Shown: positions 23,002 through 35,372 of the stretch, one piece after another
Layout of the letters: the number at the start of each line of letters is the position of its first letter
How positions within the stretch are numbered: the first letter of the stretch is position 1
Assembly: GCA_964555845.1 (NCBI GenBank)
Contig: CAZKUA010000006.1
Span: 8,215-72,214, forward strand
Direction of reading: 5' to 3'
DNA length: 64,000 nt
Origin: an uncultured Candidatus Peribacteria bacterium
GTDB taxonomy: Bacteria > Patescibacteriota > Gracilibacteria > BD1-5 > UBA2023
Notes under the pieces: generated by a model
The model's input: the letters and a program-made list of their open reading frames with translations, nothing else
Database searches by the model: none
What the model was told of the DNA's origin: nothing
Made by a program: the position numbers and the translations under genes

Positions 23002-24435
23002 TTATTTTTTAGTTAATTTTACAATTGTCTCAATATGATGAGTATGTGGAAACATATCCACAGGAATTACATCAGTAATAGCATATTCTGAATTTTTTAC
23101 AATATAATCTAGGTCACGAGCCAGAGTTGAGGGATTACAACTTACATAAATTATGGTTTTCGCATCAAAAGAAATAATACTCGAAAGTGCTGTTGGATGC
23201 ATTCCATCGCGTGGTGGATCTATTACTAATAAATCCACACTAGAGACCGGTCTCGAATTTTCGAGACCGGTCTCTGATACAAATTCTTTCAAAAAATCTT
23301 CAACTTTTGCGTTAATAAATTCTACATTTTCCACATTATTTAGTTTTGCATTATTTTGCCCGTCAATACTCGCTTCTTTTACTACTTCAACTGAATATAC
23401 TTTTTTAAAATATTTTGATAAAATTATTCAAATCGTCCCTGTTCCAGCATATAAATCTAGTGCAATTTCTCACTTTTCTTTTGATAAATTAGCCAATTCA
23501 AGTGCTTTAGAATATAATACTTCAGCTTGCATTGAGTTTGTCTGGAAAAAACTTCTGGGGTTTATTTCAAAAGTGAAATCTAGTAGTTTTTCTTTTATAG
23601 TTTTTTCTCAAAAAACAAGTTCATACTCTCACTGAACTATATCAGCTTTTCCGCTATTTTTTAAGTAATAAACAGATTTAATATTTGGAAATTTAGAAGT
23701 TAATTTTTTGATAAAATCTAGAAAATTAATCATAAAATTCTCTGGGATAGAAGCTTTATCATTTACACTGAAAATTATCATAATTTCTCAGGTATAATGA
23801 GCTTCTCTTACAACTAAATGTCTCCAAAATCAAATCCCATTAAATGGATCATAAGTAGGAATTTGGCTATTTCTTGAATAGGCGTCCACTTCCTTAAAAA
23901 TATCGTTTACTGTGTTTGATGCTAGCACGCAGTATTCACAATTAATTATTCTATCAAATTCTCCCTGTTTATGAAAACCAAATCTGAAATCATCATGAAT
24001 TTCCTCTTTTGCTGAAATATATTTTCAAAAACTAAACTCAAGTTTATTTCTGTATCAATAAATGTTTTCGGATGCTACTATTGGGTAAAATTTAGTATTT
24101 TTTGTGAAATCTTTTAAGTGAAATAAGGCTTCTTTTACTTGTTCTTCTTTAATTTTTAACTGCTGCCTATAATCTATTGGAAGCCATTTACAACCTCAAT
24201 ATACTTGAAAATGAGCTGGTAGCTCTTTTTCAAGTGGAGACTTTTTTATAATATCAGTTATTTGAGCCTCAAGATATTTACTTTTAGATTTTAGAATTCT
24301 TAAATTCACAAAACTTTCTGGAATAGCACCGCCCGTAATTATAATTTTTTTTCAATCTGGACCAATTGCTAATCATTTTCCACCAAAAATTAATTTCTCA
24401 ACTTTAATATTTTCAAGTATGGCTCACTTTTTCAT
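23002..24435 (-). CDS. TrmA/RlmD-family 23S rRNA (uracil-5)-methyltransferase with TRAM-like N-terminus, 477 aa
   Basis: Motifs DLYAGTGTIG, DPPRDG and VSCNPSTLARD. The gene extends track ORF 23002-23334 in frame. Confidence 0.85.
23243..23274. repeat. 32-bp GC-rich palindromic insert inside the methyltransferase CDS
   Basis: gagaccggtctc-gaattttc-gagaccggtctc is read in frame as ETGLENSRPVS, just before the DPPRDG motif. Confidence 0.8.
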
Positions 24436-24583
24436 AATTTTTCATTTTTTTAAAATTTATACAAATTAATATAGAGTAATTAACGAATAAATCAAGTGAA
24501 AATTTTTCTAAAAAATAAATTTGCATTCAATAAAAAAGTATAATACCATATAGTTGCTTTTTTATTTTTTTAAAAATATAAAT

Positions 24584-24772
24584 ATGGAACCACATAAGCA
24601 AGTTTTTTTAAAGACTTATAATTTAACTCCAGAAAAATTTGAAGAGATAAGATGAAAAATAGATAGTAGTTGTGCACTCAGTACTAAATGTAGATTAAAA
24701 GACATGCCTGAGTGTTGCAGTTTATTCAGGAGTAAGGTTGAAAATTTAATTGCTTTAGGTACGTGAAATTAA
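24584..24772 (+). CDS. Small Cys-rich hypothetical protein, 62 aa
   Basis: An ATG ORF followed by a terminator. No family recognised. Confidence 0.35.
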
Positions 24773-24784
24773 ATATAAAATAAT

Positions 24785-24809
24785 AAAGATCACCCCGCAG
24801 GTGGTCTTT
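24785..24809. terminator. Bidirectional rho-independent terminator
   Basis: aaagatcacc-ccgca-ggtggtcttt, flanked by T/A runs between convergent genes. Confidence 0.7.
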
Positions 24810-24830
24810 ATTATTTTGTTAGACTTTTTA

Positions 24831-27131
24831 TTATTTTATAATAATTTCTTTTGTTTCAGATTGTGTTGTTCCGTCTGTATATACTGCGGTTAGTTTTATT
24901 TTATAGGTTCAAGCATTTTCATATGTATGAGACGGATTTATCTCAGATGATGTTGTGTTATCTCAGAATTCCCAACTGTAGCTTTCTATATTTCCAGTTG
25001 AACCTAGTGTGTCAAAATCAATTGAATTTCAGACAGTTCCTGACGAAAGGCTCGAATTAATAATTAATTTTTTAGATAAAGATTTTATAATTATTTTCTT
25101 ACTAAGACTCTCTTTCGTTCAATCATCTTTTGTTATCGTGAGCTTTACACTATATTCTCCGGGGAAATTATATTTGTAATCCACTTTTGCGTCAGAATCA
25201 ATAGGCTCTTTTCATTCTCAGAAATCATAGGTATATTTTACTATACTTCATTCTCTTACTTCGCTAGCAGATCAATCAAAATGAACTATAACAGGAGCAT
25301 AAGAAGACCCAGATTCTATTTTTAATTTGATATCTATATCTTTTTTAATTCCATTAATTATTATAGTTTCATTTATTTTTTCTATATTATTTTTTAGTTT
25401 TGATTGAAAAGTATATTGCACAGTTATCGTATATTTTTTACTTTCTAAAAATTCTGCCACCACTGTTTCTCAAATTTTCTCAAATTTTTTATCTCAATTA
25501 AAATCCCATTCAACATTTGTAAGGTCATAAGTTGGATCATTTACGGCTACAAGGCCTGCATTAAAAGTTAATTTAGCAGGAATTCATTCTTCAATATAAT
25601 ATGCTTTGAGTTCTCTTTTATAAGTATTATCTATAATTGACGTCCTGTCTTCTGCTTGAATTTTTAGCATTGAATTATTATCATTAACTTCTCAGGTTTG
25701 AATTGGCTTAACCAAAGTTAGGGGTTTTCTAATAATTATAGAGCTTTTTATCTCAGATGTTCCTCATAAATTATCTGTTAAAATTACTTTTACGCTGTGT
25801 GCTCAAAAATTACTAAAAGTATATTCAGGACTTTCTTCTTCTCAAATTAAATTATTATCATCAGCCATCCATTTATAACTTGCTATTTTTTCTTTATTTT
25901 TTAATTCACCTATCATTAATTTCAAAATAAGTGGATTTTCTGCATCTTGTTCATAATTAATTACTCAAGTAATATTTTCTGAATTATTTTCTCAGTTTAC
26001 TATAAATATTCTATCACAAGTATCTCAATTTTTCTCACTGTTAATAATAGCAAGACATACTAATTCTTGTTCTCATGTTTTACTTATTACTTCAAATTTA
26101 TATGATTCTTTTGCTGGTTTTCATTCTTTTTCTGAGCTCTCAGTATACCATTTAATTCTTCAAAGTTGTTTTAGACTTGTGGCATCAAAAGTCGCAATAT
26201 ATCCTCACAGTCTTTGTTGTTTAAATACAGTTTCAACAATTCCCATAACATTAATTTCATTAAAAACCATTTTTATTTCTTTCTCTTTTCAGGTCAAAGC
26301 GTCTATTCATCTATATACTCAATTTGGTTTATAATTTTTAGCTTTGTCATATTTGAAAATAATAGCCTCTTCATCACTTGGATTTGTCCCTGATTTGTCA
26401 ATTTTATTATCTCAATCAAAATCTATATCATAAGATTCAATTTTAAGAAATTTACCAACATATTTTGCATCAGATTTAAAATCAAATCTCAGTGTTATTG
26501 GTCATATTAAATTTGAAAAATCATAAAGCTCAGAATTATCTTTGAATTTATCAGAAATAAATTTGTCGTTATCATATACAATAATTCATCAATTTGGGTT
26601 TGCATAATCTGTAGCTCATATTTTCTGAATTAGAAATATCCAAAGAGTAATTCCTGAAAATAAAATTATTCAAGTAAAAGCAGATGCAATTATAGATATA
26701 GTTTTCTTTTTTTTGTATTCTTTTTTTGTTAAAATTGCCTTAAATAGGAATATTATCCAGATTATAGAAAATGCAAAAGTTACAGTTCCAAACGCAATAT
26801 TAACTAATTTTTCAAGTAGGGATTTAATATTTTGAGGACTAATTCCAAGCGATAAAAAAAATTGTGCCTGTCCAGGATTAAATACTATATAAGCCAAAAA
26901 ACTTCCAAAAAATATAACACTTACTAGAAAAATTGCTCAACAAATTTTCACAAAATCTTGTTTTTTTGCAGCTTGTTTTGCTGTTTTAGAATTATCTAGA
27001 GTCTGATTAACTTGAGGTGGGGAAGTGTTTTCTATATCTTGATTTACTTCATCAGGAGTACTATCTGCACTTTCTAATATTTGAGACAAAAGACTATTTT
27101 CTTGTCATTTATTTTGATCATTTTCTGACAT
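24831..27131 (-). CDS. Membrane-anchored surface protein with several PKD/Ig-like domains, 766 aa
   Basis: N-terminal TM helices, then repeats such as VHFDGSASE...YTYDFGEGK...YKYNFPGEYSVKLTITKDDG and SYSWEFGDNTTSSEINPSHTYENAGTYKIKLTAVY. The frame matches track ORFs at 26897 and 25463. Confidence 0.75.
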
Positions 27132-27153
27132 AATTTTTTGGGTTATAAATTAA

Positions 27154-30100
27154 TTATGATTTTAACCAATCTGGTAAATCGTCATCATTTTTAATATTTA
27201 TATCTTCTTTTTTTGATTTTAAATCTTTTACAGGCATTTCTTTTTTAGGTTTATTTTCTTCTTTCTTATTTTCTATTTTTATAATTTTCTCTTCTTTTTT
27301 CTCTGATTTTTTTTCTTTCTCTTTTACCCTTTCTTTCACAGGTTTTTTATGTTCTCAAGACACTTTTTTTTCTTTCTTTTTCTCATTCTGTCATTCCTGC
27401 GCAGGCAGGAATCTACTTTCTATTTCCCCTTCTTCTTTAGTCTCTTTAATTTCCTCTTCTTCTACAACTTCTTTTTTACTTACTAGACTTCATTTTAACC
27501 AATCTGGTAGCTCATCACTTGCTTCCTCAATTTTCTTTTCTTCAATTTTCTTTTCCTCAATAATAGTTGGAACTTCTACGACTTCAGGAATTTCCTCTGG
27601 AATTTCTGGAATTTCTTGTTTAGTATCACCAGATAATTCTTCATTAACTTCTTGTTCTAGTTCTTCTTTATTAATTCACTTTAACCAATCATAAGTTTCT
27701 TCTTCTTGTTTCATTTCATCTTGTTTTGTTTCTTCAATAATTTCTTCAGTTTTTTCTTCTTCAATTTTCTCTTCCTCAATAATAGCTGGAACTTCTACAA
27801 CTTCAGGAATCTCTTCTTGACTAGTCATAGTTTTTAACCAATCTGGTATTTTATTATCTTCTGGGGTTTTTTCTTCAAGAGATTCTACTCCCTCTCCCTC
27901 CGGGAGAGGGTTGGGGTGAGGGATTTCTTCGTTTGGAATTTCCTGAGCTTCTTCGTGTAGAGATGGAAGTGGTTCAGGAATTTTTTCTTCTTCAATTGGT
28001 GACATTATTGAAGATAAAATATCATCTTTCCTATCTTCAACTTTGTTTATAATTAAATTAGTTTCTCACTTTTTTTCATTCAAAAATCTCTCAATCAAAA
28101 AGTCTTGAAACGATAGATTTTCATTTTTATTTGCAACTTTAAAATACACAAATAATCAAAGTATCAAAGATATAACTCACAAAATTAAATATCCAAATAA
28201 TTTAACAAATCACATCAAAAATCACATAATTCAACCACTCTCACTTTTATTTTCTTCCACAACTTGTTGAGGTACATTTGCTTGTCCTCAATAAATAATT
28301 ACTTCTAATTGCGATTTTATAATTAATTTATCTTTATCACTAATTGTTGTATCATTTTTAATAAAATCAAGAATCTCTTTTCATAGAGTTTTGTTCATAG
28401 TTGTATTTGTCGGATGAGAAAGAATCTCATCTATATTTTTCATTATCTTATCATAAGATGCAATTGTTTTTGGAATTAGAGATTTTAGAACTTTTGCAGC
28501 TAATTTTATATCATCTTTTACCTGATCTTGTTTAACGAGTAGATTTTCTGCGAGATTATAAAATTCATCTTTTAATTTCTGATCCATAGAAGCAGTGGCA
28601 TTGATATAAGATTCAAAATCAATAATTGCCTTTGTTTTCTCTCTATCATCAAACCAGTTTTCTTGAATTAAAGAAAGAAATTGCATTAGCTTAACCCTTT
28701 CTCCTTCAGGAGCTTTTTTTATAAGATTTTTAATATCTTCTATGATAATTTTATCTTGTTCTCAAATATCTTTATTATCTTTCATTTCTACAGTTTCATC
28801 TTTATTTGAAGTACTTAATTTTAATAATATATCTTTACTTTCTTTTTTTCATGCTTCATCAATAATTGATAATCTTATTGTTTTTTCATTTTTTAGAAAT
28901 TCAAGATTTGAAGTAATAAACGGAGTTCATTTATTATATGATTCACTATTTTTATTATCACAATCATCATCTTTTGTCCCATTTAAATCTGAGTCAATTG
29001 AAATATCAGTATCCACACAATATTTTGCGATACTTCATTTTGATTCACCTAAATATATAAATAATTTATCTTGAATATTATCAATTTTTATTGTAGATTT
29101 TTCAACTGCTGGATATGTAAAATATACTAAATTATCTTTTCATTTTTTAATTCTTAATTTATTTACAACATCGCGTCTTACATCACTTTTAATTTCTTTA
29201 GATTCATTATTATCAAAAACTTTTAGATTAACAGAAGTAGGGAAGGCGTCATCTCCAAAATCATAAACAAAATAATCTAAATTTGAACTTGTTATACCAT
29301 TTCACAGGGTCCATAGCGCTCCATTATAAGTTCATTTTGAAGTATTAAATAACACTAACTTACCTCAAATTGCATAATATTCAAAATTTGGTTTGAGTAC
29401 ATTTTTAACAGTAATAATTTGATATTTTGTATTTGAAATTCATTTGTAAGTTGCTTTTACTTTGAAATTAAAAGTTCAAGGCATTGTATAAACATGACTT
29501 ATTTGAGGAGAAGAACTTGCTTGTTCATAGAATCAATTTCAGTCAAAATCCCATTTATATTCTACTTTTCCTGAAATATCTTTTCATAAAATATCTTTAG
29601 CTGACACCTTAAAATTAATTTCATCATTTGTAGAAATATTTGTCTTATCAACTTCTAGTGTAATTAGGGGAGTGTTAATATTATCTCCAGATAGTGATAT
29701 TGAATATCTTTGTTCTGAAATCTCATCTGTATTAACTTTCGCTCAATTAGAATCCTCGGCAATTAGCACAAAATAATATTTTCAAGTAATTTTTGGTAAT
29801 ACAAAAGTAGTAAAGCTTGATTTTGTAATTCTAAAATCTTGAGGCTCTGGGTCTGAATCTGTATAATAATACCAAAGGTAAGATACAATTACTCAATCTT
29901 CATCAATTGGATTATTTGCCGATACTTTTACAACCACAGGATCTGACTCTATATTGGCTGCACTAATAGTTAATCCAGGAATTTTTGGTGGAATATTTTC
30001 TACTTTTATGTAAATTGTATTTTTATGAATTTTTCATGTTTTTTGGCTTTTAACTGTGAGACTCACAGGAAAACATCCAAGCTCATCGAATTTATAAGTA

Positions 30101-32505
30101 AAGCTTTTTTGATTTGAATTTTTATTCATATATCTCCATGAATAATCAAGTCAAGCCGTATTTCCATCTGTATTTATACTATTTTCTCCAGACAATGTTA
30201 TTACTTTAGATCTATCAATCAAATAAGCCTCATTTCCAGAACAACCACCTGCAGTTGGAAAATAATCCTCATTATCACTTTTTACACTAATTAGCGCAAA
30301 TGGACTATCTCAATATGTAACATAGACATTTCTTGAAATTGTATTTGAACTATTATTATCTCATTTCACAGTTAAGCTCACATTATAAGTTCAAGATTTT
30401 TTGTAAGTATGACTTATTTTTGGGCTATTAGTTACATTTGTATTATCATCTCAAAAATTCCATTCATAAGAAATTGCTTCTTTCGAATTTGCTATAAACA
30501 TTACAGGATTTCAGATTTTTACTATTTTTGGTACAAAATTTAACTTAACTGAAAGTAGACTATCTACTTGTAAATCTTTTTTAACTGACACGGTTTTTCA
30601 TTCCTGATTTGAAACTTCAAGTACAATTTTGTGAGTTCAAAGCGAATCAAAAGTATAATAACCTCTTGCTCAACCTCTTTGAGAGTTTTCTAAATCAACT
30701 TTTTGTCAGTCAAAAAACCAGCTATATTTTAATTTTGAATTATCAAAAGTATCTGGATCATAACTTAGTGTTCCATCAAATAAATAATAATTAGGAGTTT
30801 CTGAGCTTGTTTGTCTAGTTTCAAAAGAGCCAACTGGATCTCTTGTCTCAATTGTAATTACTCTTGTGTCAGTATCTTCTCTTCAAGACGCTGATCTTGA
30901 TTTTAATCTCACACTAAATTTACCTGTTTTTCTAAATTTAAAAGATATATTTTCGAGAGCTGAACTAAATACAACTTGGTCATTTGATAAATCAACTATT
31001 TTCCATTCATAATCTAGTTTTGTAGTGTTAAACACAGAAAATGTAGATAGTTTAAAATCATCTCATACAAATCAATCTAATTTATCTACTCTAATTGAAG
31101 CTATTGGATCCCTCACTTCAAGGTCCATTTCCTTTGCAATTTCTTTACCTTCATTTGTAAGAAGCTTTAATTTTATTCTATAAATTCACTCATTTGAGAA
31201 ATATTGCTTTTCAATTCTTGGATATAAATTATTTGAATAACTCACTCAATTCCCAAAATCCCAAAAAGTCTTCGTAAAAGAAGATCATCCTGTAGCCTGA
31301 CTTGCAGTAGCATCAATAATTATTCCGGCTCTTCCAAGCGCTGGTGTAATTTTGAATCTATCGAGGTCTGATACATTAACTCAATTAATATACAAATATA
31401 TAGTTCAGATTTTAGGTAGGACATTTATATTTACACTTGATGAAAATGGTAGAGTATCAATTTTTCATTTTTGATTACGACTAGCTGATACTATTGTAAG
31501 ATTTACAATATAAGTTTTTTCTTCTTTAAATGTCTTTACAATTGAAGGACCAGTCCCCAGAACTGTTCTAGTTCCGTCTCAATTTTTTATCCACCAAACA
31601 TAATTTCAGCTTGGAATAGGAACTCCAGATGGATCTACAACTCCCTCAGATCTTAGGCTCACGGTAAGTGGAGCGTTTCCTGAGTTTGGATTAGCTGAGA
31701 TTTTTGCCATAATTCTCCCAATTTTTGCCTTAGTTAGAAAATCATTAATGCTTTTTGCGAGTTCAGTTATTCTAGTTTCTGATTCTGGATTTTTGGCTAC
31801 TACATCCACTGCAATAAGTAGATTTTTACCTAAATTATTATTTGAAATATAATCATTATTTTCCGGAAAAGTATTTATAGCTTCTGTAACTAATCTTTTT
31901 AGCTCAGTTAAATTAGTACTACTTAATTTTGAATTTACTCTATAATCTCTCTCTAATTGACTTGTCAAAAGTTCAATTCATTTCTTGTATTCATCAAAAG
32001 TGTTTTTATCATTATCAGTGTAAGCCGTAGCCTCTTGCACTATACTCGGGAAATTAAATCAGGTCGGGGTAGTTCATCAGTTTACCATATTGATAATAAA
32101 GCTTATTATAGGATAAGCCATAAACATTAGTATTATTCAAATTAGAACATGCAAAATTGTAGTTTTTGATTTTTTCACTTTTTCATCAGATCACCCAGCG
32201 ATGAGTATATTGAATCCTGCATAAATAATGTATAGCACTCCAATTACTCCCACAAAATAAATAACATATTTTACTATATCTTGCACTTTTTGAGAGAATT
32301 TTTTCTCTGTTTCAACATTGTTAAGACCATTTTTCACCGTATTAACTCAGCTCTCTATACTACAATTATCTCAGCTTTTGCAATAAATAACCTGTGTATC
32401 ACTACCTCATCCAATATCAAATATTCAGGCAGAAGCTATTCCTACATTTAAGCATATCAAAAGGCTTAATAAGAGTTTTGCAAAAATCTTTTTGTTCATT
32501 TTCAT
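27154..32505 (-). CDS. Giant surface protein of about 1783 aa: signal peptide, TrbC/VirB2-type pilin-like two-helix module, PKD/Ig-like array, TM helix, acidic cytoplasmic tail with four PDWLK motifs
   Basis: Four track ORFs (starts 27339, 28005, 28686, 31968) and the ATG at 32505 share one frame. Six PKD motif checkpoints (WDFGNG at 31248, EWNFGDD at 30453, KWDFDGNG at 29535 and others) are also in that frame. Confidence 0.75.
27390..27413. repeat. GTCATTCC...GGAATC hairpin repeat copy lying in frame inside the giant CDS
   Basis: gtcattcctgcgcaggcaggaatc is read on the minus strand as RFLPAQEGQ. Confidence 0.8.
27890..27922. repeat. GC-rich hairpin element inside the giant CDS
   Basis: ccctctccc-tcc-gggagaggg plus ttggggtgaggg encodes PHPNPLPEGEGV. 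Confidence 0.7.
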
Positions 32506-32656
32506 ATTTATTTTTCTAAAATTTATTATAATTACCCATCAATCTTACCACATTTTTTCTATAAATGCAAAAAATTAACCCAACTTTTTTTAAAATAAAT
32601 TATATTTCCAACTATTGTATTTACTTCACTGATAAAATCAATAAAAATTAAAAAAT

Positions 32657-32684
32657 TTGACTCTCCAAAAATATGGACTACAAT
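32657..32684 (+). promoter_or_regulatory. Sigma70-type promoter for the first tail-fibre-like gene
   Basis: TTGACT, 16-nt spacer, TACAAT. Confidence 0.55.
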
Positions 32685-32720
32685 ACTCCAGATTTAATTT
32701 ACAATTTAATCTATAATTTT

Positions 32721-33740
32721 ATGAAAAAATTTAAAAAACCTATTTTATCAGCTGTAGTATTTTTCTCTACACTTATAGTATTATCAGTTTGATATGCCAC
32801 ATGGAATAATACCATGACTACAGTATGAACAGGAAGTGGTCTAACAGCAAATTCCTGGAATGCTATGGTAGATAATATCAATGATTTAAGCTCTAGATCT
32901 TGGTGACTTAACTGATTAGCTAGTTATTATACTGCTTGAAATGTCGGGATTGGTACGACGAGTCCTAGTTCAAAATTACATATTAGTGGCTCAGATACAG
33001 GAGTTGGTATTTTTGGAACTACTAGATCTAAAATGAATTTATGGACTACTAACCAGCCTGGTTGGCAGATAGAGGTTTGAGATGCTACTGGTAATCAAAA
33101 TGCAGGTGATCTTGGTTTTATAGAATCTTGAGTTGCTGCCAGACTAGTTTTAGCAAAAGGTGGTAATGTTGGAATTTGAACAACTGCTCCTGCTGAAAAA
33201 TTACAAGTAAATGGAAATATTCTCGCGGCAAACAATACTTCTATTTGAATTCATCCAACATATCCAACATTTTCAGCATGGTGGAGAAAATGAAGTGATT
33301 ATAGCATGTTAACAGATTGAATAGGTACATATATTAATGCTCCTTCGGCTGGTGGAGGTGTTTATCTTCGAGTTGCTAATGCTGATAGAATGATTATTTA
33401 TTCAAATTGAAATGCATGGCTTGCTGGTACTCTTACTCAAGCGTCAGATATTCGTTTAAAAAAAGAAATTTCTCAAATAGAAAATCCATTAGAAAAAATT
33501 TCTCAACTTGAAGGAGTTACTTATTTTTGGAAAGATAATACAAAAGATGCTAAACGTCAAATTGGTGTAATTGCTCAAGATGTAGAAAAAGTTTTTCCAG
33601 AAACTGTGAATACTGATGAAAAATGAATGAAATCTGTTGCATATGGGAATTTAGTTGCACCCCTTATTGAGGCAATAAAAGAACTAAAATCTCAAAATGA
33701 TAAATTGGAGGAGAGAATTAGATTATTGGAGAATAAATAA
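32721..33740 (+). CDS. Tail-fibre-like surface protein with C-terminal peptidase S74 intramolecular chaperone domain, 339 aa
   Basis: N-terminal hydrophobic anchor and Gly-rich beta repeats (NVGIGTT). The C-terminus reads SDIRLKKEI...LEGVTYFWKD...IGVIAQDVEKVFPETV...VAYGNLVAPLIEAIKEL. Confidence 0.8.
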
Positions 33741-33754
33741 AAATTCAATTTTAA

Positions 33755-33783
33755 AAATAAGTCAAAAGAATTTTGACTTATTT
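33755..33783 (+). terminator. Rho-independent terminator
   Basis: 13-bp stem aaataagtcaaaa-gaa-ttttgacttattt followed by a T run. Confidence 0.8.
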
Positions 33784-33849
33784 TTATTTTTTTGCATTTT
33801 CGGGAAAATTAATATAATTAGATAAAATCTTAAACTTAATTTTAAATTT

Positions 33850-34020
33850 ATGGCTACAATTAGTTTAGAAATACCTAAAAAATTAGATAAAATATCTAGA
33901 GAAGTTTTAATTGAAAATTTAAGGTCTATTCTTGAGGAATATTCTGAATTTGATATGCATTTATTATCAAAATATATACTAACGAAAGATTTACCAAATT
34001 CTAGATTTGTAAATTTATAA
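33850..34020 (+). CDS. Putative antitoxin, 56 aa
   Basis: A small acidic ORF ending 2 nt before the RelE/ParE-like toxin gene. Confidence 0.4.
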   Translation: MATISLEIPKKLDKISREVLIENLRSILEEYSEFDMHLLSKYILTKDLPNSRFVNL

Positions 34021-34022
34021 TT

Positions 34023-34283
34023 ATGATAAATATTGATATAATTCTAGAATTAGATGAAATTGAAATATATATAAAATCAAGAAATTTACTTTCACAATAT
34101 AAAAAAGCAAAATCAAAAATATTATCTTGAGATTTAAAATCAGTTTTATTTAAGAAGCGCGAACCAAAAACTCTTAATGTTTATCAATTTAGAATTAATG
34201 ATAAATACAGAGCTTTTTGATTTTTTGACAAAAATAATTCAAAGATCTTTAAAATAATTGAAATTAGCGACCATCAGGATTAG
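34023..34283 (+). CDS. RelE/ParE-superfamily toxin, 86 aa
   Basis: VYQFRINDKYRAFGFFDKNNSKIFKIIEISDHQD fits the RelE/ParE C-terminal pattern. Confidence 0.55.
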
Positions 34284-34290
34284 TCGCTAA
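34264..34290 (+). terminator. Hairpin overlapping the toxin stop codon
   Basis: ttagcgac-11 nt-gtcgctaa. Confidence 0.35.
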
Positions 34291-34367
34291 ATCCCTAATT
34301 CTCAAATAAAAATTTGCAAAATGCAAATTTTTTATATTATGGGTGGGTATTATTAATACTATAAAAT

Positions 34368-35372
34368 ATGTTTGAAGCGTTAATTTTGAATTGAATAGGG
34401 ACTTTATTTTGAGAGAAATCGGCTATTGAGATTAAGTCAATTTGAAATACTCTAAAAGTTCATGAAAAAATCCATATTTCTAATATGTTTCAGATGATAA
34501 TTTCACTCTTAATCCTTTCTTTCACAAGAAATTTCAAATTTATTTTTGACATTAGGCTAGTTTTTTTGTTTTTAGTTTTAATTATTTCAAGTATATTATT
34601 TAATATTTTTGTAATTAAAGCCATAGAAAACGCTGATAGATCGACAAATGGACTTCTTAGTATTTTAGCAATACCCTTGCTTTTGGTTTCAGATATTTTC
34701 CTAAAATATGATATTACAACTTATCATATTATCTGAATTATTTTTATAGTTACGACTTTGCTTACTATAAGTCTTAGATGAACCATTAACTTAAAATGAG
34801 CTCAATTTACACTACTTACTCAAGTTTTTGCATTTATAAATATTATGATTTTTAAATATATAATTACGCATTATGCTTCAACAGAATTATTAAATATAAT
34901 AACAAGTTTGGTTTTATATATTTGAAGCTTTGCTTTAATACTTAGGAAAAGCGATAGATTTGAAGTTTTAAATAAAGTATATGATAGAAAATATATAAAA
35001 TTTTGAGTGTTTTGATGACTTGGATGAGCATTTAATAGTATGTGATTTATGTTTGGACCAGCCTCAGTTATCACGGCTTTAAAGAGAATACTATCTATGT
35101 TCTGGGGAGTTGTGATGTGAAAGATATATTTCCATGAAGAAAGATTTTTCCAGAAAATGGCAAGTGTGTGAGTAATTGCAATGTGAGTTGTAATAATGAA
35201 TTTCCCAGTTATTGTTACAAACAAAGCACTTCTAACAAGTGTAAATTCAGCACTTTTAATTAAATGAGATATAAAATGATACAACCAAGCTTTAAAAGAA
35301 TCTAATATAGATCTAAACAAAAATTTCAGAGAAAATGCCGCGAGAGCTGAGCAATTATATAGTATAAATTAA
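34368..35372 (+). CDS. Polytopic membrane protein (DMT/EamA-like transporter suspected), 334 aa
   Basis: About 9-10 hydrophobic helices. The frame matches track ORF 34485-34736. Confidence 0.45.

Noticed and set aside
23243-23274. Synthetic or cloning artefact, since gagacc/ggtctc are BsaI sites
   Set aside because: The palindrome is in frame within a natural gene, flanked by native sequence on both sides, and the window contains several other GC-rich palindromic elements. Read support is still worth confirming.
34871-35320. 149-aa minus-strand ORF. The same applies to 23153-23635(+), 54024-54404(-), 56299-56679(-), 63109-63420(-) and 28742-29074(+)
   Set aside because: These lie antisense to well-supported table-25 genes. 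They look long only because the real coding strand is TGA-rich, which leaves its complement free of standard stops. Their composition is low-complexity.
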